The notes below the pieces were generated by a model. The model made no database searches. It had not been told where the DNA came from and saw only the letters and a list, made by a program, of their open reading frames with translations. Positions 8,353 to 15,656 of a stretch of DNA of 27,255 nucleotides are shown here, piece after piece (position 1 is the first letter of the stretch; each line of letters opens with the position of its first letter). The stretch is from a virus. Taxonomy: Duplodnaviria; Caudoviricetes. The DNA lies in IMG/VR virus record IMGVR_UViG_3300032218_003165, positions 1 through 27,255 of that record. One strand, written 5' to 3'. Made by a program: the position numbers and the translations under genes.

Positions 8353-9978
8353 TCACGCCCCAGCATCGTGTTGACTCAGCCTGGAGCATCCGGCCTTCCA
8401 GTAGTCCTCGTTGATCTCGCAAGCCCAATAGTGTCTGCCGATCGACTGAGCCGCCTCGCACGTGCTGCCGACACCGCCAAAAGGATCGGCTACGCGCTGT
8501 CCTTCAACGGACACAGCCTTAAGGATGTGGCACAGAAGATCGACGGGTTTTTCAGTCGGGTGCCTGTCTGCGTTCACGCGGTCAAACTCCATCACGTCCG
8601 CTTCTCGAGTGAAGAGGATCGGTGAACCCTTGACGGCGTGAATGATCCGCTCGTGCTTTGGTGCAAACGTGGTGTTGGGGTCACCCATGCCGGCGGCGTT
8701 CTTCACCCATACCAGCGAGCCGCGGATGGCGAGGCCGGCTTCTACGAGCGAGGCGCGCATGGCCTCCTCGTTTCGCCAGTTCGTGAAAACAAAAACGTGA
8801 GCGTCGGCAGTGAGCTTCGGCATAAAAGCCGTGACAAACTCCGCCACCTCGGCCGGGCCTTCGCCAGCTCCGTCGTTCTCGATCTTGTCGTGCCGCCGTT
8901 CCTTGCGGCGATCCACACGGTGATCGCTCTGGTATCCCATCCCATACGGCGGATCGGTCAGCAGCACCGACACCGATCCGTCGATGACCGAGTCCACGTG
9001 ATCCCGCCAATTGCCGTGCAACCACTGATTCGGACCGCTCTTGCGAATGCGCTCCTCGATCTCCAGGCGGTAGCCGATGATCTGGCGAACGTCCCACGAC
9101 TTGCCGCCTTGGTTGTCGATCAGCCAGCGTTCGACTTCGTCCATCCAACCTGCGGCCAGTTGGCCTGAACGCTCGATCTCTTCGCGGTGCTCGTGGATCA
9201 AGTCCATGATCGCGTTCCGCTCTTCGGCAAGCTTGCGGACGGTCTGAGCCGAAAACTCCTTCGTGTCAAGGAACCGCTCGACGATGCCGGCCAGCGGCAG
9301 CCACAGCGAACAGCCCTCCGGCTCTTGGAACTCGTTGACCTTTCCGACCCAGTGTTCCGTGTCGGCGACGGTCCAACCATTCAGCATGTGCGGAACGATC
9401 ACCGGCCACAGCGAAGAATCGGCAGAGTGGATGCAATACAGGTGCTTCGCTTTTTCCAGCAAATCGTTTACTTGAGTAAACGATTTCGCCACCTCTGCGG
9501 CCGCAACGAGTTGAGACAGATACGGAGCGCCCTTGCCAAGTTTTCGGGCGTAGTCAGCAAGGCCGCCCTTCTTTCCACGCCCGGCCGCCGCCTTCCCGAC
9601 ACGCTCCAAAGCATGCAGACCGATCTCGAGCGGTGCCAATTCGCCCTGATTGTTGCTCGTCGCCAGTGCCATGTACGCCTGCTCATCGTCCATCTCGACG
9701 ACCCAGCACGGCACCGACTCAAGCCCGCATTTCACGGCAGCGGCGTGCCGATGGTGTCCGCTGATGATCTCGTATTCATTGCCGACGAAGCGGACAGTGA
9801 TTGCGTGACGTGGTTCGATGGCCTTAAGTTCTTCGATGCCGTCCGCGATCGCATCGACAACGTCCTGACGAAGCGCCACGCGCGGATTCTTTGGGTGCGG
9901 TCGAAGTGCCTTGACCGAAATCATTCGTACCGTTTCTGACGCCGTTGACATCTGTGCCTCGTTGTTTGTCTGTGCCAT
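8353..9978 (-). CDS. ParB/Srx-domain fused beta-class N6/N4 DNA methyltransferase
   Basis: N-terminal PHPKNPR...IISGHHR (ParB); C-terminal TDPPYG (motif IV), HPTEKP and DPFGGVGST (motif I) in beta order. Confidence 0.92.
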   Translation of the reverse strand: MAQTNNEAQMSTASETVRMISVKALRPHPKNPRVALRQDVVDAIADGIEELKAIEPRHAITVRFVGNEYEIISGHHRHAAAVKCGLESVPCWVVEMDDEQAYMALATSNNQGELAPLEIGLHALERVGKAAAGRGKKGGLADYARKLGKGAPYLSQLVAAAEVAKSFTQVNDLLEKAKHLYCIHSADSSLWPVIVPHMLNGWTVADTEHWVGKVNEFQEPEGCSLWLPLAGIVERFLDTKEFSAQTVRKLAEERNAIMDLIHEHREEIERSGQLAAGWMDEVERWLIDNQGGKSWDVRQIIGYRLEIEERIRKSGPNQWLHGNWRDHVDSVIDGSVSVLLTDPPYGMGYQSDHRVDRRKERRHDKIENDGAGEGPAEVAEFVTAFMPKLTADAHVFVFTNWRNEEAMRASLVEAGLAIRGSLVWVKNAAGMGDPNTTFAPKHERIIHAVKGSPILFTREADVMEFDRVNADRHPTEKPVDLLCHILKAVSVEGQRVADPFGGVGSTCEAAQSIGRHYWACEINEDYWKAGCSRLSQHDAGA

Positions 9979-9980
9979 AG

Positions 9981-10289
9981 TCACACCCTCCCCCAAGTCA
10001 CCGCCCTCTTCCCGCCCTTCGTCCGCCCCTCGCCGGCCTGCCTGACCAGCCCATCGGCGACGAGCTTCACCCGCCGCGGCCGCACCGCGTTCAGATCGAT
10101 CCCGAGGGCCAGGCCGATCGCCTCGTCCGTCATCGCCCCGCGGGCGGCGAGTAGATCGAGGATGCGTTGCCGCTGACTCTCGGCCTTGGTCTTCGTCTGC
10201 CCCTTCGCCGCCGCCACGCTCGTCGGCGAGTGCTGCTGGGCCGGGGCGTCATCGAGCGGGAGATAGTGTTGTCCGTTGAATACGCTCAT
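9981..10289 (-). CDS. winged-HTH protein
   Basis: Start MSVFNG at 10289; TS.AAA...RILDLL..RGAMTDEAI..ALG...NAVRPRRVKLV..GLV. Confidence 0.8.
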   Translation of the reverse strand: MSVFNGQHYLPLDDAPAQQHSPTSVAAAKGQTKTKAESQRQRILDLLAARGAMTDEAIGLALGIDLNAVRPRRVKLVADGLVRQAGEGRTKGGKRAVTWGRV

Positions 10290-10672
10290 GTACTCACCAG
10301 CCCTTCCGCCTCGAGCAGCTGCCGGCACCGGAAGATCAGCGCCTCCCGTGCCCCGTCGCGATCCTCGGCGTCTTCGGCCTGGCGGTAGCGGTCGCAGGCC
10401 GCGGCCAGGAGGATGATGTACTGGTCGCGGCGCGTGGCGTACGTCTCGTCGCAGAAGTCGCCGCGGCTGTTCGTCTTCGCGTCCCGAAGGATGCTCTTGC
10501 CGAGACTCTTGTCAGTCCGGTGCGAGTCGCGCCGCTCTTTTAGGCACCAGCGGCACACATCCATCCTTCCGCCGAGAAGGCCGGTGCGAGCGGCAAACGC
10601 TCCAGGCGGCTTTGTCTCGCGGCACTCAGTGCAGCACTTCGGCCGCTCGCCGACTGTTGTCACTCCCCCCAT
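10286..10672 (-). CDS. zinc-finger hypothetical protein
   Basis: Start MGGVTT at 10672; KCCTECRETKP..AF...CRWC. Confidence 0.7.
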   Translation of the reverse strand: MGGVTTVGERPKCCTECRETKPPGAFAARTGLLGGRMDVCRWCLKERRDSHRTDKSLGKSILRDAKTNSRGDFCDETYATRRDQYIILLAAACDRYRQAEDAEDRDGAREALIFRCRQLLEAEGLVST

Positions 10673-10887
10673 CACTCTCCCCCCTGTTGCTTTCGTTTCG
10701 GCATCGGCACGGTCTGCACGTGCCGAAGTACCTTCCTCATCCGCGTCCCGGTCCAAATCTCGTCAAGCACGTGCTGATACAGGCGGCTGCCGTCCGTCCA
10801 GACCATGCAATCGACATCCGTGTCCCACAGCGGCTTGAGCCCGTCGAGCGGCCCGCCGAAGATCTGGATAGCGCGTAGGCGGGCCAT
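10672..10887 (-). CDS. hypothetical protein (GGPLDG motif)
   Basis: Start MARLRA at 10887 with GGAG RBS; GGPxDG motif common in small phage proteins. Confidence 0.7.
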   Translation of the reverse strand: MARLRAIQIFGGPLDGLKPLWDTDVDCMVWTDGSRLYQHVLDEIWTGTRMRKVLRHVQTVPMPKRKQQGGE

Positions 10888-10907
10888 AGTCACTCCGTTG
10901 TCTATCC

Positions 10908-11070
10908 CACTCCGGCCGCGTCGATCGGCCTCCGTGCCTATCACGAAAGTGGTTATTACGGCCGCAGGGAAAAGGTAGGAGAAAGCCCACGCCGTAACTG
11001 CCGGTGTTAAGCAGACCGCCGGCGGCTGCGCCCAATCCGCTACCGTGAGTTAGCGGGGCCAGGACGGGCC
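10908..11070 (-). ncRNA. candidate structured intergenic RNA (several consecutive hairpins)
   Basis: Inverted repeats at 11037-11042/11051-11056, 11000-11004/11019-11023, 10956-10962/10991-10997 and 10914-10918/10926-10930. Confidence 0.5.
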
Positions 11071-11076
11071 TGTATG

Positions 11077-11544
11077 TCAGAAGGGAATGTCGTCCCCGCC
11101 GCCGGCCTCTTCGCCCTTGGCGGATGCGACACGGGCCGCAGCGGTCTGCGGGCCGCGATCCGGCTTCGGCGTTGGTGCGGCGGCTCGCTCGACCGGCAGG
11201 AACTTGTCCACGCTCACCCGAGTCTTCGTGTCGTCTCCGACCCACTGGCGAGTCTCGACCCGCAGCTCAAGCCCCTTCAGTTCTGCTGGGCCGCAGTCAG
11301 CCCATTCGGCTGCCGACAGGCCGAGAGCAGAGGCCAGCGAGGCCGCTTTTGCCTTCCCCTTCTTGTCGCTCTTGATGTCGACGTAGAGCAGCCGATAGGC
11401 ACCGTTTGGCGCAAGGACAACCGTGTCGTGCGCCCCGTCAGTTTTGACTTCACGAATCGTCACGTTGTGCACACCGTCGGGGAGCATCTCTCGCTCTCCG
11501 CTGGCTGCATCCGGCACAAAGCCATCGTCAAAGGTAACCCTCAT
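11077..11544 (-). CDS. ssDNA-binding-like protein (DUF669/GP2.5-like)
   Basis: LPDGVH.V.I.EV N-terminus and acidic GDDIPF C-terminal tail; downstream of the annealase. Confidence 0.75.
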   Translation of the reverse strand: MRVTFDDGFVPDAASGEREMLPDGVHNVTIREVKTDGAHDTVVLAPNGAYRLLYVDIKSDKKGKAKAASLASALGLSAAEWADCGPAELKGLELRVETRQWVGDDTKTRVSVDKFLPVERAAAPTPKPDRGPQTAAARVASAKGEEAGGGDDIPF

Positions 11545-11780
11545 CGCGTCTCCCCCGTGTTCATGTCCGGCCTGTACTCCTCACCGACGCGGACGATCCG
11601 GTCGGCATCACCGTCAAGAATCTGTCGCGTGATCTGCAAAAACTTCGCGTAGCTCATCTGTCCAGTTCGCATGAATGGCACGAGATCTGCGATGCCCAAC
11701 GCCTTCCGCTCGTGGTCTGCCTCGCGGTCGTGCTGCCGCTTGGCCTGCAAGTCCCGTCGAATCCCGTCACGAAACGTCAT
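11541..11780 (-). CDS. hypothetical protein
   Basis: Start MTFRDG at 11780 with AGGAG RBS; ATGA overlaps on both sides. Confidence 0.65.
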   Translation of the reverse strand: MTFRDGIRRDLQAKRQHDREADHERKALGIADLVPFMRTGQMSYAKFLQITRQILDGDADRIVRVGEEYRPDMNTGETR

Positions 11781-12049
11781 GCCTTCTCCTCTCGTGCCGC
11801 GAAGATCAGACAATCGCGGATGTTGATGATGGTGTTCGACAGCGGCTGCGGTGTGGGCGAGCACTGATACCAGTCCTCAACCATCATTCGGCACAGTTCA
11901 ACGAGGTGCGGGGCAATCTCCCTGCCCTTCGCCTCGCTGATCTCCGGGCACACCGGCACGGAACGGTAAGCCGTCAGACGGTCGCGGACACGCTCAGCGT
12001 TGAGCAGAGCCTTTGCCGCTGGCGTGATCGGTGCGGGTGCGTCGGTCAT
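11777..12049 (-). CDS. hypothetical protein
   Basis: 90 aa, ATGA-coupled within the operon. Confidence 0.65.
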   Translation of the reverse strand: MTDAPAPITPAAKALLNAERVRDRLTAYRSVPVCPEISEAKGREIAPHLVELCRMMVEDWYQCSPTPQPLSNTIINIRDCLIFAAREEKA

Positions 12050-12780
12050 GCCACCACCTCCGTCTCGATCTCGGCGTGCCGGGCGTCGATCATGCCGTCG
12101 AGCTGCTCCCGCTGTTCCGGCGAGAGCTTGCCGCTGCTGACGGCGGCATCGGCGTCGTCGCCGATCCGGCCCAGCTCATCGACCGTCACCGCCTGGGCGA
12201 CGCGGTCACGCCAGCCGGGCCGCTTGGCCGGCTCGGCGGCCTTCGGCGTCGGCATCGCGTCCCGCAGCTCGTCCGGGTCGTAGTTCCCGACCGCACCGGC
12301 CCAGCCGATGCTCTTGAGCGCCGCCGTGATGCACCGGCTGCGGATCATCGCCCTCGGAAACTTGCTGTGGTTGCCGCCCGTGAGCCCGGCCTTCTTGGAG
12401 TCTTCGGCCGTCCATGTCTCGGAGTGCTTGTCCCCGTTCGGGTGCGTCAAGTGCAGCACGGCCCGCGTGTCGTCGAGCGTCTCAAACTCAGCCCGGCCGC
12501 CGGACTCCTTGAAACGGGCCAACTGGCTGTCGGCCTTCTCGACGACGTTGCCCTTGATGATCTGGAGCGAGCGGATCGCCCTCATCGGCGGGATGCCCAT
12601 ATCCCGGCCCGTCAGGACGATCGCGGCAAACTGCTCGCCTGTCCTGATGTGGTCGGGCAGAAATCCGGTCTTCACCATCTGCGAGCCGGCTTGCACCAGC
12701 TCAAAGAAGTTGAAGGACTCCGTCGCCTCGCGGACGGCAACTTCGCCGCCTCGCACTTCCGTCGTGATCTCATTCCCCAT
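12046..12780 (-). CDS. RecT/Red-beta-family single-strand annealing protein
   Basis: GFLPDHI...AIVLTGRDMGIPPMRAIRSLQIIKG...WTAEDSKKAGL...KFPRAMIRSRCI...YDPDEL; start re-called to 12780 (or 12786). Confidence 0.85.
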   Translation of the reverse strand: MGNEITTEVRGGEVAVREATESFNFFELVQAGSQMVKTGFLPDHIRTGEQFAAIVLTGRDMGIPPMRAIRSLQIIKGNVVEKADSQLARFKESGGRAEFETLDDTRAVLHLTHPNGDKHSETWTAEDSKKAGLTGGNHSKFPRAMIRSRCITAALKSIGWAGAVGNYDPDELRDAMPTPKAAEPAKRPGWRDRVAQAVTVDELGRIGDDADAAVSSGKLSPEQREQLDGMIDARHAEIETEVVA

Positions 12781-12905
12781 CGCCATCTCCCATGAATGTG
12801 TTGATCGTTCCCCGCCGCCGGCGTCTCCGACGCCGACGGCCCTCATCCATGACCACCCGCTCCGCGGGCTCCGTGCCGGTGGCGTCTTGCCACGGCCCGT
12901 CCTGT
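12781..12905 (-). ncRNA. CsrB/RsmZ-like GGA-hairpin array (sRNA or recT leader)
   Basis: Seven GGA motifs in 125 nt, at least four in apical loops: GGC-ACGGA-GCC, CGC-GGA-GCG, TCA-TGGA-TGA, GCCGTCGGCGTC-GGA-GACGCCGGCGGC. Confidence 0.65.
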
Positions 12906-13172
12906 TCAGCGAACCTCGCTCGGATCGGCAACGAGCACGTCCATCGGAACCGGCTCGTGGATGTCAGACGGACGGACAGCAATCCGCCCGCCGTCGATCT
13001 CCAGCGTCAGCCATCCAGCAGCAACTTCGACCACGCGGCCGGAGAACGCCTTCCCGTAGCACTCGCCAGAAACCCACTGGTCAACCTCGTATGCCGGTCG
13101 GCCGTAGGTCTCAACCATCCCCGCGATCGCGCCGGCAGCTTCCGCATCACCGGGCATGACATTCGTGTGCAT
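12906..13172 (-). CDS. small SH3-like beta-barrel hypothetical protein
   Basis: VDQWVSG...FSGRVVEV..GWLTLEIDGGRIAVRPSDI pattern; GGAG RBS. Confidence 0.65.
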   Translation of the reverse strand: MHTNVMPGDAEAAGAIAGMVETYGRPAYEVDQWVSGECYGKAFSGRVVEVAAGWLTLEIDGGRIAVRPSDIHEPVPMDVLVADPSEVR

Positions 13173-13662
13173 CGCTCATCTCCCTGGTCGTGTTGCTTGA
13201 GCAGCAGGAACCGCCCTGCCGCTCCCATCGCTCGATCCATCCCCTCCGCCACGCCACCGCCTCTTCGCGGGTGGCAAATGCCTTCCGCCGCCCGAAGTAG
13301 CTCCGCCGGCCACCCGGCAGACGCATCTCCCGGTTAAACCGGGCCTCCCACTTCAGGGGGCTCGCAATGTCCGGGTAGTGCCGGATGCTCTGCTGCTCCT
13401 CCGCCACCACGGGCCGGGCATGGCGGAGACGCTCCCGCCGTGCCTTGTGCCAGACCCTCCCGGCAGCCAGACGGCGCTGGGCCATCGGTGACGCCAGGGC
13501 GATCGGGCTCGATGCCCGAGGAAGCCCGTAGCGGGCGGCTTCCCGCTGTTCATCCGTCCATGACGCCTGGAAAGCCAGGCACGTCGTCTCGATCTCCTCC
13601 GGCCTTGGTGCGTACTCAATCACTGCCACCATCGTCTTGCTCTCCGCTTCCTGAGTGTTCAT
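13147..13662 (-). CDS. protein with C-terminal AP2-like DNA-binding domain
   Basis: KWEARF...GRR.YFG...FATREEAVAWR; first gene after the early promoter. Confidence 0.65.
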   Translation of the reverse strand: MNTQEAESKTMVAVIEYAPRPEEIETTCLAFQASWTDEQREAARYGLPRASSPIALASPMAQRRLAAGRVWHKARRERLRHARPVVAEEQQSIRHYPDIASPLKWEARFNREMRLPGGRRSYFGRRKAFATREEAVAWRRGWIERWERQGGSCCSSNTTREMSDAHECHAR

Positions 13663-13829
13663 CTGTTCACTTGTTTGGTGCGAAGATACCCGTCAGGAAA
13701 TGGGCATCAACGATCCCGAAAAAATGAAGTGTCCACCCCGAAGAATGAGCCAAAACGGACGTTTCCGTTGACTCCGAAAGCGACCTAAGCCGCAGTCGTG
13801 TTGCGCACGTTCGTGAGCAACGAGGGCGA

Positions 13830-13859
13830 AAGATATTCCAGCCCCTGCGGATCCGTCAA
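13830..13859 (-). promoter_or_regulatory. putative sigma70 early promoter
   Basis: TTGACG-N18-TATCTT in the ~250 bp intergenic gap upstream of the early operon. Confidence 0.55.
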
Positions 13860-13909
13860 GGGACGTTTTTTACGTTCGTGGAAAACGCTGTTTTCAGCAG
13901 GAAAACGCG

Positions 13910-14140
13910 CTAAGAAGCCCGCTTGGAGTAACCCTTGCGGGGCCGGCCTGTCGTTGGCGGCCGAGCGACGACGCGATCAACGTCTGCATCGAGAAAGGCA
14001 GAAGCACGGCCGAAACGATAGCGCTTCAACTGCTTCCGCCGCACCAGGGTGTGGACGCCGCCCGTCGTCATGCCCAGCCGCTTCGCGGCCTCATCGACGG
14101 TGATCCAATTTCCGATCGGTGCGGGAAGTGACACTGCCAT
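13910..14140 (-). CDS. HTH_17 (Xis/MerR-like) DNA-binding protein, excisionase or repressor
   Basis: WITVDEAAKRLGMTTGGVHTLVRRKQL...GRPR; divergent from the integrase. Confidence 0.85.
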   Translation of the reverse strand: MAVSLPAPIGNWITVDEAAKRLGMTTGGVHTLVRRKQLKRYRFGRASAFLDADVDRVVARPPTTGRPRKGYSKRAS

Positions 14141-14146
14141 GCCCCG

Positions 14147-14174
14147 AGGATATTCCCCCGGCGCGCGACATCAA
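14147..14174 (-). promoter_or_regulatory. putative leaderless promoter of the HTH gene
   Basis: TTGATG-N16-TATCCT, 6 nt before ATG 14140, no Shine-Dalgarno. Confidence 0.5.
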
Positions 14175-14202
14175 GTCTGCGTATCGTTCCCTTGTTCACG
14201 CG

Positions 14203-14253
14203 GCCCCTGTGTTTGCAGGGGCTTGAATGGAGGATAGTTCTCTCGATCCCCTG
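14203..14253. other. candidate attP: degenerate tRNA-Ala 3' end plus hairpin
   Basis: TGGAGGATAGttctCTCGAtCCCCTG (14228-14253) resembles the reverse complement of a tRNA T-arm and acceptor end; hairpin GCCCCTG/CAGGGGC at 14203-14222 follows it in tRNA sense. Confidence 0.5.
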
Positions 14254-14313
14254 GTGGACGACTGTTCACTGTCGGGTACCCTTGGCATGGACGCCTCAAA
14301 TGGAAACAAAGCC

Positions 14314-15213
14314 ATGCTACTCCGCACTCTCCTCAACGACGAATACGCCCCCCTGAGGGCCCTGAAACCGCGTGCACACCGGCAGTACGAACTGACGCTC
14401 GACCGTTGGGCGGAACACCTCGGCCGGGAGCCGGCCGTGGCCGATCTCTCCGGCCTGCCGGTGCAGGCGTTTCTACAGGCTCGCCGGAAGACCGTCTCCC
14501 AGGCGACGGCCGTCAAGGATAGGTGCCATATCGTGGCCTTATGGGGCTACTGCTTCAACGCTCGGATGGTCGAACGCCACCCCAAGGCAATGCTGCCACG
14601 CATGACGGCCCCACGTCGCATCCCCAAGGCGTACCGGATCGATGAGGTGTCATCGATGGTCCGTGTCGCCCGTGCCCTCCCTGGGTCCATCTGCGGCGTC
14701 CCTCGCGGGCTCTACATGTCCTCGCTGATCCGCATCGCCTGGGAGACTGCCGAGCGTGTCGGGGCGATCCGGCTCGTCGAGTGGTCCGATGTCGATCTTG
14801 ACGAGCGGGCGATCGTGTTTCGGGCTGAGAACAGGAAGGGCGGTTCCGCGGACAACAGGCGGGAGATCAGCGATGAGCTTGCCGGCTGGCTGAAAAAGAT
14901 GCGACAGCCTGGGCAGCGGCTCGTCTGGCCGTGGGACGGCAGCGAGACCGGCCTTTGGTACGAGTTCGGCAAGCTGACCACCGTCTGCGGCGTGACCGCA
15001 AGGGGCTTCCACGGTTTCCGCCGGTCCTCGGCGTCGTACCTTGCGGCCGCGGGCGGATCAGCACAAGAGCACCTGACGCACGACAGCCCGAGAACGACGC
15101 GGCTCCACTACCTTGACCCGTCGATCGTCCGGCCGCGGCTGTCGGCTGTGGAGATGCTGCCGGCCCTCGACCTGGGCGAGGCGGAGTTCGTCGAGGACGA
15201 AGACGCCGCCTAG
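14314..15213 (+). CDS. int: tyrosine recombinase / phage integrase
   Basis: Catalytic residues TAER, ENRKGG, FHGFRR, LTH, HY; probable start MLLRTLL at 14314 (ORF open from 14227). Confidence 0.93.
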   Translation: MLLRTLLNDEYAPLRALKPRAHRQYELTLDRWAEHLGREPAVADLSGLPVQAFLQARRKTVSQATAVKDRCHIVALWGYCFNARMVERHPKAMLPRMTAPRRIPKAYRIDEVSSMVRVARALPGSICGVPRGLYMSSLIRIAWETAERVGAIRLVEWSDVDLDERAIVFRAENRKGGSADNRREISDELAGWLKKMRQPGQRLVWPWDGSETGLWYEFGKLTTVCGVTARGFHGFRRSSASYLAAAGGSAQEHLTHDSPRTTRLHYLDPSIVRPRLSAVEMLPALDLGEAEFVEDEDAA

Positions 15214-15656
15214 CCCGCCGCCTCGCACTCCGCGAGACACGCCGCGTAGCCAGCAAGGTCGATCGGCGTGTCGGCGGTGCGGGCGGTGCCCATGTGCCGG
15301 GCCACCTTGTCGAGCAGCATGATCAGCGCCCAGTCGGCCGGCGTGAGCGGCCGTTTCAGGACGCCGGCGAACGCGGCGTTGACCATGCCGCAGGTCCGGC
15401 TGAAATGCTCGACGGGTGGCCCGTACTTCCCGTGCCGGTCGATCACCGCTTCGCGGGCCTGCTCGAGGAGCTGCACGGCGGCACAGGGTGTCTCGGATCG
15501 GAACTCGGCGTCATCGGGTGGCATGGGGGCTCTCCGGATCATGGTCAGCAGTCGCATCACGTCGGCGGCGAGGCTGCCGCTCGTGCCAGTGTACGCGCCT
15601 GAAAAGCGGCGCGCTCGTTGCTCGGCTTCTCGCAGATACTCTTCTGGGAGGTGCAT
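15210..15656 (-). CDS. DUF6378-like (dNTP diphosphohydrolase-related) protein
   Basis: LLEQA...DRHGKYGPPVEHF.R...MLLDKVAR...DTPIDLAGYAAC; start MHLPEE (TGATG overlap); stop overlaps the integrase stop (CTAG). Confidence 0.8.
   Translation of the reverse strand: MHLPEEYLREAEQRARRFSGAYTGTSGSLAADVMRLLTMIRRAPMPPDDAEFRSETPCAAVQLLEQAREAVIDRHGKYGPPVEHFSRTCGMVNAAFAGVLKRPLTPADWALIMLLDKVARHMGTARTADTPIDLAGYAACLAECEAAG

Noticed and set aside
12770-12982. 70-aa ORF with a poly-Arg run
   Set aside because: The Arg run is a by-product of the GC-rich hairpin; the ORF overlaps a better gene and has no RBS
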